The notes: generated by a model not told the origin, from the letters alone. A stretch of DNA of 64,000 nucleotides from Limnothrix sp. BL-A-16 (GCA_041937175.2 CP166615.1:1440001-1504000), one strand, 5' to 3'; positions 1 through 10,434 are shown, numbered from the stretch's first letter. Numbers and translations: made by a program.

Positions 1-936
1 GGCGGACTTGGTGAGGGCGGAACCGGCGACCGTCTTGGCTACGGCGCGGGCGGCGGCTTCGTCGGGCGCACCGCTGACGGCCACTTCAATCAAGCAGGTG
101 GCCCCTTCGCCGTCCCGGGCGATCGCCTTGGCCAAGTGGGTGCAAACCGCTGTCAGCATGGCTTCTAGCTTTTCGGCTTCTGGGCCCCATTGGGTGATTG
201 CCGGGGTGCGCGACTGACCGTTGGCCAGGGCAAAGAGGGAATCGTTGGTGCTGGTGTCGCCATCGACGGTGATTTGGTTGAAGCTGCGATCGCCCGCCCG
301 CGACAGCATTTCTTGCCAGAGCTGGGGCGACACAGCCGCATCGCAGGTGACGAACGCCAGCATCGTCGCCATGTTCGGGTGAATCATCCCCGATCCCTTC
401 GACATCCCGCCAATCCGCACGGGGCGATCACCGATCGTAGTTTCCAGGGCGATCGACTTGGCCACCAAATCCGTTGTCAAAATCGATTTTTCGGCGCTGG
501 CTCCCCCCTCGTCGGACAGGGCCGCCACCACCTGGGGAATTCCGGCCCGCATCGGTTCCATCTTGATCCGCTGCCCGATCACGCCCGTGGAAGCCAGCAA
601 GACCGTGTTGGGATCAATATCCAGTTCTTTAGCCAGCAGTTGGGCGCATTCTTCCGCGTCAGCCACGCCAGCGGCTCCCGTGGCGGCGTTGGCTTGACCG
701 GCGTTTACCAAAATGGCGCGGGCGCTGGGCTTGGCTTGCAGGCGATCGCGACAGTAGTCCACGCAGGCGGCCCGCACCTGGCTGGTGGTGAAAATCCCAG
801 CGGCGATCGCCTCCACTTCAGAGTAAATCAGGGCCAAATCTGGCGCACCCGAGGGTTTCAAGCCCGCCGTAATGCCCGCCGCCTTGTATCCCTTAGGAGC
901 CGTTACGCCGCCGGAAATCACTTGCCAATCTGCCAT
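1..936 (-). CDS. argJ: Bifunctional glutamate N-acetyltransferase / amino-acid acetyltransferase (3' end runs off the window)
   Basis: Not in the ORF track. Manual minus-strand translation from ATG at 936 gives MADWQVISGGVTAPKGYKAAGITAGLKPSG...KGSGMIHPNMATMLAFVTCD, which contains the ArgJ autoproteolysis motif (ATML). Confidence 0.95.
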   Translation of the reverse strand, partial: MADWQVISGGVTAPKGYKAAGITAGLKPSGAPDLALIYSEVEAIAAGIFTTSQVRAACVDYCRDRLQAKPSARAILVNAGQANAATGAAGVADAEECAQLLAKELDIDPNTVLLASTGVIGQRIKMEPMRAGIPQVVAALSDEGGASAEKSILTTDLVAKSIALETTIGDRPVRIGGMSKGSGMIHPNMATMLAFVTCDAAVSPQLWQEMLSRAGDRSFNQITVDGDTSTNDSLFALANGQSRTPAITQWGPEAEKLEAMLTAVCTHLAKAIARDGEGATCLIEVAVSGAPDEAAARAVAKTVAGSALTKSA

Positions 937-1039
937 GAGTCGATCGCCCTTTCACGATTGCTAAGTTGCCCAGAGTCCGGGCAATTGGGTGATTATAGCA
1001 AGGTCATTTCGGGCGATCGCGCTGCTTCTGTCACAGGAT

Positions 1040-1200
1040 CACGATGCAAGTATTTTTGACATCCTCCCCACCGCAAGCGGGCGGAGAAACCCAAGCCTCA
1101 CGACTTGGGTTTCTGCTTCATAGCACCTGCCTTCCAAGACTTGCTCTCTTCGGGTCTTACGGTCGCTCCACAGACTGAAACCGCTAGCCCAGCAGCCATC
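1040..1200 (-). ncRNA. Putative TnpB omegaRNA/reRNA scaffold plus ~16-nt guide
   Basis: Overlaps the tnpB tail and right end. It has the hairpin AGAAACCCAAGTC-GTGA-GGCTTGGGTTTCT and a second GC-rich hairpin before TCAA. The guide would be the flank AAATACTTGCATCGTG. Confidence 0.6.
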
Positions 1201-1237
1201 TATAAACTTAGCACGCCTTAAATCCCAGAATTGCTTG
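1056..1237 (-). mobile_element. Non-autonomous IS200/IS605-family mini-element (tnpB internally deleted)
   Basis: On the minus strand it is preceded by TTGAT (1242-1238) and ends in GGATGTCAA with subterminal hairpins. It contains the 33-aa mini-ORF 1199-1098, MAAGLAVSVCGATVRPEESKSWKAGAMKQKPKS, which I recognise as a cyanobacterial TnpB C-terminal tail. Confidence 0.8.
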
Positions 1238-1285
1238 ATCAAAATAGCCGATCATTCCGACAAATTGCGGCAATTTTGAATCAAT

Positions 1286-2557
1286 TTATTTTGGATTAAT
1301 TGGTAAACGAATCAGAAATTGAGTGCCTCGCCCTAGTTCTGACTGCACTTCCAAAGTACCGCTATGCTTTTCAGACACAATCTGATGGGCGATCGCTAGG
1401 CCGAGTCCTGTGCCCTTGCCAACGGGCTTGGTTGTAAACAGCGGCTCAAATAATCGTTGCTTGACTAACTCATTCATGCCAATTCCATTGTCAGCAATAC
1501 AAACCGCGATTTGCTGATCATTGGTAGTCTGAGTTGTAATTTGAATTTGCAGCCCAGAATCGAGGGTTTGGCCTTTCAATGCGCTCTCATCTAGGGCATC
1601 GATCGCATTGGCTAGCAAATTCATAAACACCTGATTGATTTGCCCTGGATAGCAAGGCACGAGTGGCAATTCGCCATAGGACTTGAGAACCGAAATTTCA
1701 GGACGATGATCACTACTTTTCAATCGATGTTGCAAAATCATCAAAGTGCTGTCCAGACCTTCATGCAAGTTTGCTGGAATTTTAGTTTCGGTGTCAGAGC
1801 GAGAGAAAGTACGCAGCGATGTGGAAATGCCGCGAATTCGATCAGCTCCCAGCGTCAAGGAATTGATGATCTTGAGGCTATCTTCAAAAATAAAATCCGG
1901 TTCCAAATCTTCCAAAACGGCGGCTAATTCTGGTGAAGGCTGTGGATGTTCTTGCTGATAGAATCGCAAGATTTCTGCCATGTTGTTGATGTGCTCTCGC
2001 AGCGGATCTACATTGCTAGCAATGAAGTTGATGGGATTATTGATTTCGTGCGCAATCCCCGCAAGCATCTCTCCTAAGCTGGATAGCTTTTCCTGCTGAA
2101 CCAGTTGGACTTGCATCTTTTGTAGATCGGCTGTGCGTTCATGGACTTGATGTTCCAGGGACTCCGTTAGTTTTTTGAGTTTGAGGTGAACCTGTAATCG
2201 AGCTAAAACTTCTGTTTGATCAAATGGCTTGGGAATGTAGTCTACTGCTCCGAGGGCAAAGCCTTTAGCTTTGTTTTCTGTGTCTGAAAAAGCAGTTGTA
2301 AAAATAACTGGAATAGACCTTGTGAGTGGATTGGCTTTGAGGCGGCGGCAAGTTTCAAAGCCGTCAATACCTGGCATTTGGACATCTAGCAAAATAAGAT
2401 CTGGAGGATTGCGATCGACCTGCGCCAACGCACTTTCACCATCGATCGCCACGCGAAAACGCAACCCGGCACTATTCAGCGCCTCCGATAAAACCGCCAA
2501 GTTAGTTGGATTGTCATCCACAACTAAAATAAATTCATTCGACGCAGATGCTGACAT
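1286..2557 (-). CDS. Response regulator receiver - histidine kinase hybrid
   Basis: N-terminal REC (ILVVDD, LLDVQMP, YIPKP); H-box AHEINNP; N-box NLLANAIDA; G-boxes DNGIG and GTGLGL. Confidence 0.93.
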   Translation of the reverse strand: MSASASNEFILVVDDNPTNLAVLSEALNSAGLRFRVAIDGESALAQVDRNPPDLILLDVQMPGIDGFETCRRLKANPLTRSIPVIFTTAFSDTENKAKGFALGAVDYIPKPFDQTEVLARLQVHLKLKKLTESLEHQVHERTADLQKMQVQLVQQEKLSSLGEMLAGIAHEINNPINFIASNVDPLREHINNMAEILRFYQQEHPQPSPELAAVLEDLEPDFIFEDSLKIINSLTLGADRIRGISTSLRTFSRSDTETKIPANLHEGLDSTLMILQHRLKSSDHRPEISVLKSYGELPLVPCYPGQINQVFMNLLANAIDALDESALKGQTLDSGLQIQITTQTTNDQQIAVCIADNGIGMNELVKQRLFEPLFTTKPVGKGTGLGLAIAHQIVSEKHSGTLEVQSELGRGTQFLIRLPINPK

Positions 2558-2689
2558 AGGTCATCAGGAGTTGATTTGGTTGTCCGGTGAGTGGGAGAGA
2601 CTATGCAAGTATTTCCCAAAATTTGCTGAATCTTTTTGAAGTGTTGAGGATCATTCAATCGAGAGAACCAAGCTCAACGACGAAAATAG

Positions 2690-5134
2690 CTATTGAGCTA
2701 AATAGTGTTCAAGCAATGTTTGTAGCTGTTTAAGCTGGAAGCGAGCCGCCAATTGAGTGACCTGCTCAGAAAAAGGTGCCATGCTCGGGTTAGACTCTGC
2801 CAGCTCAGCAACCATGGATAAGATTTCTTGAGTATCACCGTCCATCAGGAGATCGTGCAACCGTTGCACAATTTCTGAAGCGGGAGGAATGACATCTTGG
2901 GTTTGAAGGGGTTCAGTTGTTGAGGCAGTATCAGGGATGGTGGATTGCTCATAAACCCAAGTCAAATTAAGTTGCTCTTGCAAGATTTGGAGCAGCACTT
3001 CAGCCTGGACTGGTTTGGGCAAAAACAAGTTAGCCCCCGCATCGATCGCCTCTTGCTGATTGCTTTCAAAGACACTGGCTGACGAAGCGATCGCCACAAC
3101 ATTGCGCAAAGTTTCAGAGGTGCGAATTTGTCTGAGTAGTTGATAGCCATCCATAACATGCATCATCAAGTCCGTAATGATTAAGTCGGGAGCATGATTC
3201 AGTGCAGTTTCCCAACCATCTTGACCATTTTGGGCTTCCACAAGCTTGAAACCAAGTGGCTCTAGGAGGCTAACAATCACAGAGCGATTCTCCCAACGAT
3301 CATCTACCACAATGATGGTGCGCTGCTTGCCTTCATAACCCACAATGGTTCCTTGGTCAATTGTTCTAGAAGCGATTGCCCATTCTTTGGCCTCCGGTAG
3401 CTGCACATCAAACCAAAAGGTACTGCCTTGGCCCAGCGTGCTCGCCACTTCAATTTGGCTACCCATTAAGGACACAATTCTGTGGCTGATAGCGAGTCCT
3501 AAACCAGTGCCTTCTGACTGCCTTTTGCTATTGCCCACTTGTTCAAATGGCAAAAAGATTTTTTCTAATTGTTTTGGTGTCATTCCCACGCCCGTGTCCT
3601 CAACCTGAAATCGCAGACAATATAGGGACGGATCATCGAGTTTTTGGGCTTGAACGCGAAATATCACTTGTCCTTTATCAGTAAACTTGATCGCATTGCC
3701 GAGGAGGTTAATCAAGACTTGGCGTAGTCGCTTCTCATCAGCACGAATCCCGATCGGTAAATCTGAATCGGCTCGATAGGTAAAAGCAATGCCTTTTTGC
3801 TCAGCACGGATCCGACAAATTTCGCAAACGCCCTGTAGAAATGAGGGCAAATGAAATTCATTGATTGCCAGATCAAGTTTACGAGCTTCAATTTTAGAAA
3901 GATCTAAAATGTCATTAATTAAGGTCAGCAGATGAGTTCCACACTGATGAATAATTTGGATGCCATCCTGTTCTTTTTTGCCCCAGGTTTTGGAACGGCT
4001 GAGAATTTGGGCATAGCCCAAAATGCCATTCAGGGGTGTGCGTAACTCATGGCTCATGTTTGATAGAAATTCGCTCTTGGCCTGATTAGCAAAATCCGCT
4101 GCGGCCTTGGATTGTTTGAGCTGTGCTTGTTCCGTGGATTGGACATAGACCAAAACGCCAATCAGCGTGCCCACGAGCAGCAAAACAACGATCGCAATGC
4201 CATCCAGTAGCTGAAGCTGAGATTCAATATTCTGGCGCGGAATCACCAGTGCCACAGACCATTGCGCTTCGGTGAGCGGTCGAAAACCCACATAGCTTTC
4301 AAGTCCGTCAATTTTGACCAATTGAATGTCCTGTTGCCGATTGACCATCTGTTGGGCAATGTGGGCCAATCCTGCGTCTTGGGCAATTACCAAGCTCGGC
4401 GCAGGCTTTTCGAGGGTGGACATGAATGCTGAGTTGGGATGCACGATCGCTTCGCCCTTGGAATTGAGCACAAAGGCATAGCTGCGATCGCCATATTTCA
4501 ACTGATTGGTGACTTGCTTGATCCGATCGATCGTGACCACTCCATGGATTACCCCAACGGGCTGCGGTTTGGAGTTTTGATCTTTAAAAATTTGATCTTT
4601 AAAAATAGGCGCGGCAATAGCCACACCAGGAACACGAGTGATCCGAGCAATCATGGGATCATCGACATAAATTTGCCCAGTGATTGCCTTTTGAAACCAT
4701 CGGCGATCGCGCACATCGGCCGGCTTGGTTTTGGGAACAGTGCTTTGGCGAATTCCTGCTGCTGTGGTGAAGCCAAAGAACGAAAAATCTCCAATTCGTT
4801 GATCTTCAGCTCTTAGATAAGGACTGGCGATCGCCCAGTCCATCGATTGCACCACCTCAACGTGGGATAACATTTCCACGCGTGTTTTCAACAATGCCAA
4901 CCAACTATCAATATCCTGAGACCTGCTGGTCACACGGGATAGTGCATCCTGTTTCAAGTTTTCCAGCGTTGCTTGGCGCACGGTTTGATAGCTAATATAT
5001 GCGCCCACGCCCACAAGTAGTGCCGTGCCTCCCAAAATCAGCCGCATCAGCAGGTTGCGGGACAATTTCAGGCTGAGAATGTTTGGCAGCGTGGCTGAAA
5101 ACTTTCTGTCGGTTGTCTGGGAGTGCAAAATCAT
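2690..5134 (-). CDS. dCache-domain hybrid sensor histidine kinase (TM-Cache-TM-HisKA-HATPase-REC)
   Basis: Two TM segments flanking a Cache-like region; SHELRTPLNG; NAIKFT; GTGLGL; C-terminal REC (IIVVDD, ITDLMM, LPKP). Confidence 0.92.
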   Translation of the reverse strand: MILHSQTTDRKFSATLPNILSLKLSRNLLMRLILGGTALLVGVGAYISYQTVRQATLENLKQDALSRVTSRSQDIDSWLALLKTRVEMLSHVEVVQSMDWAIASPYLRAEDQRIGDFSFFGFTTAAGIRQSTVPKTKPADVRDRRWFQKAITGQIYVDDPMIARITRVPGVAIAAPIFKDQIFKDQNSKPQPVGVIHGVVTIDRIKQVTNQLKYGDRSYAFVLNSKGEAIVHPNSAFMSTLEKPAPSLVIAQDAGLAHIAQQMVNRQQDIQLVKIDGLESYVGFRPLTEAQWSVALVIPRQNIESQLQLLDGIAIVVLLLVGTLIGVLVYVQSTEQAQLKQSKAAADFANQAKSEFLSNMSHELRTPLNGILGYAQILSRSKTWGKKEQDGIQIIHQCGTHLLTLINDILDLSKIEARKLDLAINEFHLPSFLQGVCEICRIRAEQKGIAFTYRADSDLPIGIRADEKRLRQVLINLLGNAIKFTDKGQVIFRVQAQKLDDPSLYCLRFQVEDTGVGMTPKQLEKIFLPFEQVGNSKRQSEGTGLGLAISHRIVSLMGSQIEVASTLGQGSTFWFDVQLPEAKEWAIASRTIDQGTIVGYEGKQRTIIVVDDRWENRSVIVSLLEPLGFKLVEAQNGQDGWETALNHAPDLIITDLMMHVMDGYQLLRQIRTSETLRNVVAIASSASVFESNQQEAIDAGANLFLPKPVQAEVLLQILQEQLNLTWVYEQSTIPDTASTTEPLQTQDVIPPASEIVQRLHDLLMDGDTQEILSMVAELAESNPSMAPFSEQVTQLAARFQLKQLQTLLEHYLAQ

Positions 5135-5304
5135 AACGATCTGAAATCGGTGGCGGGTGATCAGGTCATGAACTTGGACTGTAAAATCTGCTTAAAATTA
5201 TGGACAGATCAAGTAACTTATCTGTTTCATTTCAAAGCAAATAGCAGCTCCCATTTCCCTTGTGTCCTTAGGTTGATTGCTGACTGCCAACTCTATCGGA
5301 GCTT

Positions 5305-5380
5305 TGTAAAAAAATCGTGAAAGAAATTGATTGGGTGTAAAAAATTACACAAGAAAATATTCGAGTGTAAAAAATCGCAC
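5305..5380. promoter_or_regulatory. Tandem operator-like sites upstream of the two-kinase cluster
   Basis: Palindrome GTGTAA-AAAA-TTACAC at 5335-5350, variant GTGTAAAAAATCGCAC at 5365-5380 and a degenerate copy near 5305, with ~30-bp periodicity. Confidence 0.4.
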
Positions 5381-5716
5381 AAAAAAATCCAATATCTTTA
5401 CCCTATCAAAATAAATTTGCGATCGACTCGGCAAAAGTAGGCTGACTCAAGATAACACCTAAGATTAGTTTTAGGCAGCAATATCACTCTAACTTCAGAA
5501 TGAATGGCGGCTTTAGGCAGTGATTTGTAGCACTGACAGGCAAGACTGATCTAGTTTTTTAGAATCAGTTGGTATATTTGCATTCATAGAATAAACTTCG
5601 ACACTGTCTGCAAAGTGATGATTTCCAGTGCAAGATTGCTTGTCCAGAAAGGCTGTCACCTGTTCATCATTACTGAGTTGCAGTACTACCTGATTGTTGA
5701 ATCAATCAATCTTTAA

Positions 5717-5849
5717 GAGAATGTCTGGAAAGTCCAAGTTGCTACGCTGTATGCCCCCATGATCGACGCAGGCAAGGGGCTTTAGCCCCTTGCCCTCTAC
5801 AATTTCGCCACGATGGAATCGGGTTTTTGAGCGATTTGACGATCAGCCC
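5717..5849. mobile_element. MITE copy 1 (central AAGGGGCTTtAGCCCCTT palindrome)
   Basis: Left end GAGAATGTCTGGAAAG, right end GCGATTTGACGATCAGCCC, flanked on both sides by TAA; similar to other copies in the window. Confidence 0.7.
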
Positions 5850-5955
5850 TAAGCCCTTTCTCCCTCAGCCATTGGTGCTTCACCATTGCCGTAAATGACC
5901 GCTCAACCACCCTCACGACGGTGGATGCTTGACAGACTGGCGTTGATCTAGAGGC

Positions 5956-6858
5956 TCATGCACGATCGGTTGTGCCATGTAGTAAATCCGTGACTGCTTG
6001 GGCCACATCCGGCTGACGCATCAGGGATTCCCCCACCAACACGGCTCCGGCTCCGGCATTCATTACCCGATCGAGATCCGAACGATTGCCCAAGCCCGAT
6101 TCGCTGACCACCAAAATATCGCGCGATCGCAGTTGCTCACCCCGTTGTTCTAAGAGGGCGATCGTGGTTTCCAGCGTCACCTGAAATGTGGCTAAATCCC
6201 GATTATTGATCCCCACCAATTTCACCCCATCCAGGGCCAAAACCCGGTCTAATTCGGCCAAGGTATGCACCTCAATCAATGCCGTCATTCCCAAGGCATT
6301 AATAATCTTCAAGAAATATTGCAGATCCGTATCAGTCAAGATGGCTGCAATTAACAAAATGGCATCGGCCCCGAGCGATCGAGCCAGATAAATTTGGTAA
6401 GGATAAAGCACAAATTCTTTACAGAGCAGCGGCAAATTAACCGCCTGCCGAATTTGCGCCAAATAATCGAAACTGCCCTGAAAAAACTCCTGATCCGTCA
6501 GCACCGACAAACAGGCTGCACCGCTGGCCTCATAGGTTTGGGCGATCGCCACCGGATCAAAATCCGCACGAATTACGCCCTTGCTGGGGGAGGCTTTTTT
6601 CACTTCCGCAATTAGCGCTGGTTGAGGGGCTGGCGGTTGGCGCAATGCGGCTAAAAAGTCTTGAGGGGGCTGGGTTTCTCGCACCCGCTGCTGAAGTTTA
6701 ACCAGGGGTAACGATTCCCGCAGCCGATCGACCTCTGCTTCCTTGTGCCAAACGATTTTTTCCAAAATATGGCGAGGCTCGCTATCGGGCATACGCACTT
6801 GATAGCGCAAGGTGTCAACGGCAATGGCCGGATTGGGTTGAACGCGGCGAATTTGCAT
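5956..6858 (-). CDS. trpC: Indole-3-glycerol phosphate synthase
   Basis: [25 protein letters not shown] and VSESG motifs; probable start MQIRR at 6858. Confidence 0.96.
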   Translation of the reverse strand: MQIRRVQPNPAIAVDTLRYQVRMPDSEPRHILEKIVWHKEAEVDRLRESLPLVKLQQRVRETQPPQDFLAALRQPPAPQPALIAEVKKASPSKGVIRADFDPVAIAQTYEASGAACLSVLTDQEFFQGSFDYLAQIRQAVNLPLLCKEFVLYPYQIYLARSLGADAILLIAAILTDTDLQYFLKIINALGMTALIEVHTLAELDRVLALDGVKLVGINNRDLATFQVTLETTIALLEQRGEQLRSRDILVVSESGLGNRSDLDRVMNAGAGAVLVGESLMRQPDVAQAVTDLLHGTTDRA

Positions 6859-7737
6859 AGAATTTAGAAGCAGTGAATCGCTAAATGAAGAAAGGGATGA
6901 GTTTTGCCGATTCTGATGTAGGCTAATGGGCATCGGAGCATCGATAGCCGACCAATTAAATGGGCCAATAAGCCAAACAGCAAAATTGGTGCTTTAATTG
7001 GCAATTTGCTAACGAGCAATTTATCCTGACCAGAGGAGATGAAAAGCGATCTTTGGGTTAGGGTTCAATGGTCGAAATGCTCTCGATGATCTATTGACCT
7101 TCGTGACCGTTTGGACGATTGATCGCTTTAGCAACGCTCTCCCGGTAACGAGCGAGCCATTGCTTCAAGGCCCTGTAGGCCACCGCCACCCTCTCAACTG
7201 CTACTTCTCAAGATCCAGCACCCAAGTCCAGTAGCGACGAATTTGGGTTGAATTGGTTTGCCCACTCGTCTTGGCTTGAGCGGCCCTAATCATACGCGAA
7301 ATCAGTTGTTGCCGGATCGATCGCCCCAGAACTGGCCTGAAATGCCTTGAAATCGCTCTCAGAGAATTTCTCAAGGAAATCTTGTAAAAAACTGGTGATT
7401 GCTCTGGATTGCGCTGGAATCTAGGAAGCTGGAATCTGGAAAATCCAGATCATTCATCCCGTGGCTGATTCCATGAATGCCTAACCTAGGAATATCTAAC
7501 CTAGGAGACGAGCACTGGGACACCATGGGGGTGCGATCGCGATCGCTCAGATTGACGACAACGATCGACAAGGCCGCCGAGCACTGTCACGCGCCACGGG
7601 CTGAACCATCACTGGCTCGATCGGGCGATCGTGACACAATTCAAGTACAAAGCAATTCACCCAGAAAGCATCTATCCCGCATCGGTTGAGCGATGCAACT
7701 CCTACCTCTACCCTTCACCCAAAAGGGAGGTTCATCA

Positions 7738-7845
7738 ATGTCTGTGCTACTCGTAATTGCCGTTTTGTTTGCGCCGGTTCTGCTGTCCTCAATGATGGTA
7801 GATGAAAGCTTTGATGAAGCTTTGGGTCATCCCAATCGCCATTGA
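7738..7845 (+). CDS. Candidate 35-aa small membrane protein
   Basis: Strong SD (AGGGAGG) 7 nt before the ATG; MSVLLVIAVLFAPVLLSSMMVDESFDEALGHPNRH has one hydrophobic helix and a charged tail. Below the ORF-track cutoff. Confidence 0.45.
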   Translation: MSVLLVIAVLFAPVLLSSMMVDESFDEALGHPNRH

Positions 7846-8136
7846 AGCGATGTTTGTGTCATTCCTGCTGGAATTTTTGTCACAACTGATTGCAGCATTA
7901 GTTGATCACAATTCATTAGTTGCAGGGGTAAATGGGTTTTCAGTAAATGGGCCAGAAATAATGGGCAGGAAGCGCCTAAGCCCGACTGAAGCCGATTTCA
8001 GCAATTGTATATCTGCACCACCTGTCAACTCCTAACGCCACAGCTTCGACGTTACTCAGATCCCCTTCAAGATTTAATCTACCGCAGCTCTTCAAGCGCA
8101 GTTCAGACGAAGCGCAACCCTAAAGAAGTGCAACCA

Positions 8137-8187
8137 TAAAAAAGGAGAGGATGCTGGTTCATTGAAATTTGAACGCATCCTCTCCTT
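8137..8187 (-). terminator. Intrinsic terminator downstream of pstB
   Basis: AAGGAGAGGATGC...GCATCCTCTCCTT inverted repeat, followed on the minus strand by a T run. Confidence 0.65.
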
Positions 8188-8201
8188 CGTTTAAGCATTT
8201 A

Positions 8202-8470
8202 GAGGCTGTCTGAAAAGCCAAAATGGCTACCTTGTGGGTTGGCACCGACCGACGAAGACAAGGGGCTTAAGCCCCTTGCTCCCAACGATCTCGTTACGGT
8301 GGAATCAGAGCTTTGGGCGATTTGACGACACCCTCTAAGCCCCTTGCTCCCAACGATCTCGTTACGGTGGAATCAGAGTTTTGGGCGATTTGACGACACC
8401 CTCTAAGCCCCTTGCTCCTACAGCTACTAGCGCCTTTGCAAGCGCCCCAAGTTACTTCCCAGACATCCTC
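8202..8470. mobile_element. Composite MITE copy 2 with internal 68-bp tandem duplication
   Basis: Ends GAGGCTGTCTGAAAAG / CCCAGACATCCTC. The unit starting TAAGCCCCTTGCTCC occurs at 8268, 8336 and (partially) 8404. Confidence 0.8.
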
Positions 8471-8503
8471 TGAGGATTCTTTTCAGGGCTATGGTCTTTG
8501 GCT

Positions 8504-9298
8504 TTAGCCGAATCGACCGGTTACATAATCGCGAGTGGCTTCTTCTACGGGATCGTGGAAAATGCGTTCCGTACGATCGTACTCCACCAAATAACCAACC
8601 TTGCTGCCCGAGTCGGTGGCTTGGGCGTTGAAGAAGGCCGTGCGATCGCTCACCCGCGAAGCCTGTTGCATGTTGTGGGTCACGATCACGATCGTGTAGT
8701 CACCACTCAGTTCCTTAATCAGTTCCTCAATTCGGAGGGTGGAAATCGGATCCAAGGCCGAGCAAGGCTCATCCATCAGGATTACTTCCGGTTGAATGGC
8801 CACGGCGCGGGCAATGCAAAGGCGCTGTTGTTGCCCACCGGAAAGGGCCAAGCCACTGTCGCGCAGCTTGTCCTTCACCTCATCCCAAAGGGCAGCCCGC
8901 CGCAGGGAGCTTTCAACTAGCTCATCCATGTTGCCGCGATAGCCATTGATGCGGGCCCCAAAGGCAATATTTTCGTAAATGGATTTGGGGAAGGGATTCG
9001 GGCGCTGGAACACCATCCCAATGCGGCTACGGATGGAAACGGCATCGACCTTGGGGCCGTAGAGGTCTTCTTCGTTGTAGGTGATTTGTCCCTCAACGCG
9101 GGCGCTGGGAACCAGGTCGTTCATTCGGTTAAAGCAACGTAAAATCGTGCTCTTGCCACAACCGGAGGGGCCAATGAAGGCCACAATTTCGCCCCGGGGG
9201 ATGTCTAGTGATGCGTCGCGCACCGCGATGCTGGGACCGTAGTAGACCGAGACTGATCGGGCAGATAACACCGCATTGGACGTGACAGAAGATTGCAT
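8504..9298 (-). CDS. pstB: Phosphate ABC transporter ATP-binding protein
   Basis: [47 protein letters not shown]; probable start MQSSVT at 9298. Confidence 0.96.
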   Translation of the reverse strand: MQSSVTSNAVLSARSVSVYYGPSIAVRDASLDIPRGEIVAFIGPSGCGKSTILRCFNRMNDLVPSARVEGQITYNEEDLYGPKVDAVSIRSRIGMVFQRPNPFPKSIYENIAFGARINGYRGNMDELVESSLRRAALWDEVKDKLRDSGLALSGGQQQRLCIARAVAIQPEVILMDEPCSALDPISTLRIEELIKELSGDYTIVIVTHNMQQASRVSDRTAFFNAQATDSGSKVGYLVEYDRTERIFHDPVEEATRDYVTGRFG

Positions 9299-9522
9299 AC
9301 CAGTCAAACCTGAACTGAAAAGTGAAGAAGCAAGGGAGAAGGTCGAAACATCAGCATCCAGCGCGGTCGATCTCAACCCCATCATCTGGATCCGGTGATT
9401 ACGGGCCATGAGAAGGGTATGAGTTCTAATCTGATCGATCAACCGCAGAACGTTTGCAGAACTATAAAACGTACCGGTTACCAGAATTCCCAAAAAACCA
9501 GGAATCCTAGGAATCCTAAGCA

Positions 9523-10434
9523 CTAGTTGAGGGCCTTCTGGAACCGGTTGCGCAACAGAATTGCCGTGCCATTCATGGCCAACAGAACAATCATCAAGAT
9601 GACAATCCCGGCGGCGGCGTTGATGTGGAAACCTTGCTGAGGTCGGGAGACCCAGTTGTAGATCTGGATCGGCAGCGCCGTGAAGGGGCTTTGGGGATTG
9701 TTGGGGATGAAGGGAACGAAGGTTAAGGCTCCAATGGTGATCAGCGCGGCGGTTTCCCCGATCGCCCGGGACAGGGCCAAAATGGTTCCGGTCAAAATCC
9801 CCGGCAGGGCCAGCGGCAACACATGGGCCGAAACCACCTCCCAACGGGTTGCCCCCAGCGCAAAACCTGCCTGACGCAGACCGTCGGGGACGGTGCGCAG
9901 GGCTTCGCGGGTGGCCACGATGATCACCGGCAAAATCAGCAATGAGAGGGTTAGGGCCCCAGTCAGAACGCTGCGGCCGCCGGTGATGGGTTGCAGCCAG
10001 CGAGCAAACACCTGCAATCCCAGCAAACCATAAATGATCGAGGGTACGCCAGCCAGGTTGGAGATGTTGATCTCAATCAGGCGAGACCACCAAGATTCGA
10101 GCGAAAATTCTTCCAGGTACAGGCCCGCACCCACCCCGATCGGGAAAGCAATCAACGCTGTCAGCGCCAGCAGCCAAATGGAACCACCCAATGCTGCGCC
10201 CACCCCGGCCAACTCCGGCTTACGCGAGGGCAGGCTCGTGATGAATTGCCAGCTAATGCGGGGCATTCCATCGATGAAGGTATCCACCAGCAGCACCACC
10301 AAAATCAGGATGGCGAACCCAGTGGCCACCCAGGTGGCCCCAGCAAAGATGTTGTCCTTGACGTAGCGCTGATCCAGACGAGGGTTGAAGAGCAACGCGC
10401 GCGATCGCCCTTGGGATTCGTTTGAAATAGCCAT
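9523..10434 (-). CDS. pstA: Phosphate ABC transporter permease
   Basis: [29 protein letters not shown]; operon context. Confidence 0.95.
   Translation of the reverse strand: MAISNESQGRSRALLFNPRLDQRYVKDNIFAGATWVATGFAILILVVLLVDTFIDGMPRISWQFITSLPSRKPELAGVGAALGGSIWLLALTALIAFPIGVGAGLYLEEFSLESWWSRLIEINISNLAGVPSIIYGLLGLQVFARWLQPITGGRSVLTGALTLSLLILPVIIVATREALRTVPDGLRQAGFALGATRWEVVSAHVLPLALPGILTGTILALSRAIGETAALITIGALTFVPFIPNNPQSPFTALPIQIYNWVSRPQQGFHINAAAGIVILMIVLLAMNGTAILLRNRFQKALN

Noticed and set aside
190..1059. 289-aa plus-strand ORF
   Set aside because: Antisense shadow of argJ, which the ORF track missed because it runs off the window.
1039..1242. 67-aa minus-strand ORF
   Set aside because: Alternative frame across the IS605 mini-element; the meaningful frame is the TnpB tail at 1199-1098.
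8268..8420. Possible CRISPR array (palindromic repeats here and at 18345-18500)
   Set aside because: The intervening sequences are duplicated rather than unique spacers, there are no cas genes, and the repeats belong to the MITE family.
9299..9844. Long N-terminal extension of pstB (and similarly of pstS to 13222)
   Set aside because: The pstB extension overlaps pstA and the pstS extension runs through the promoter region; neither looks protein-like, and downstream ATGs give normal lengths.
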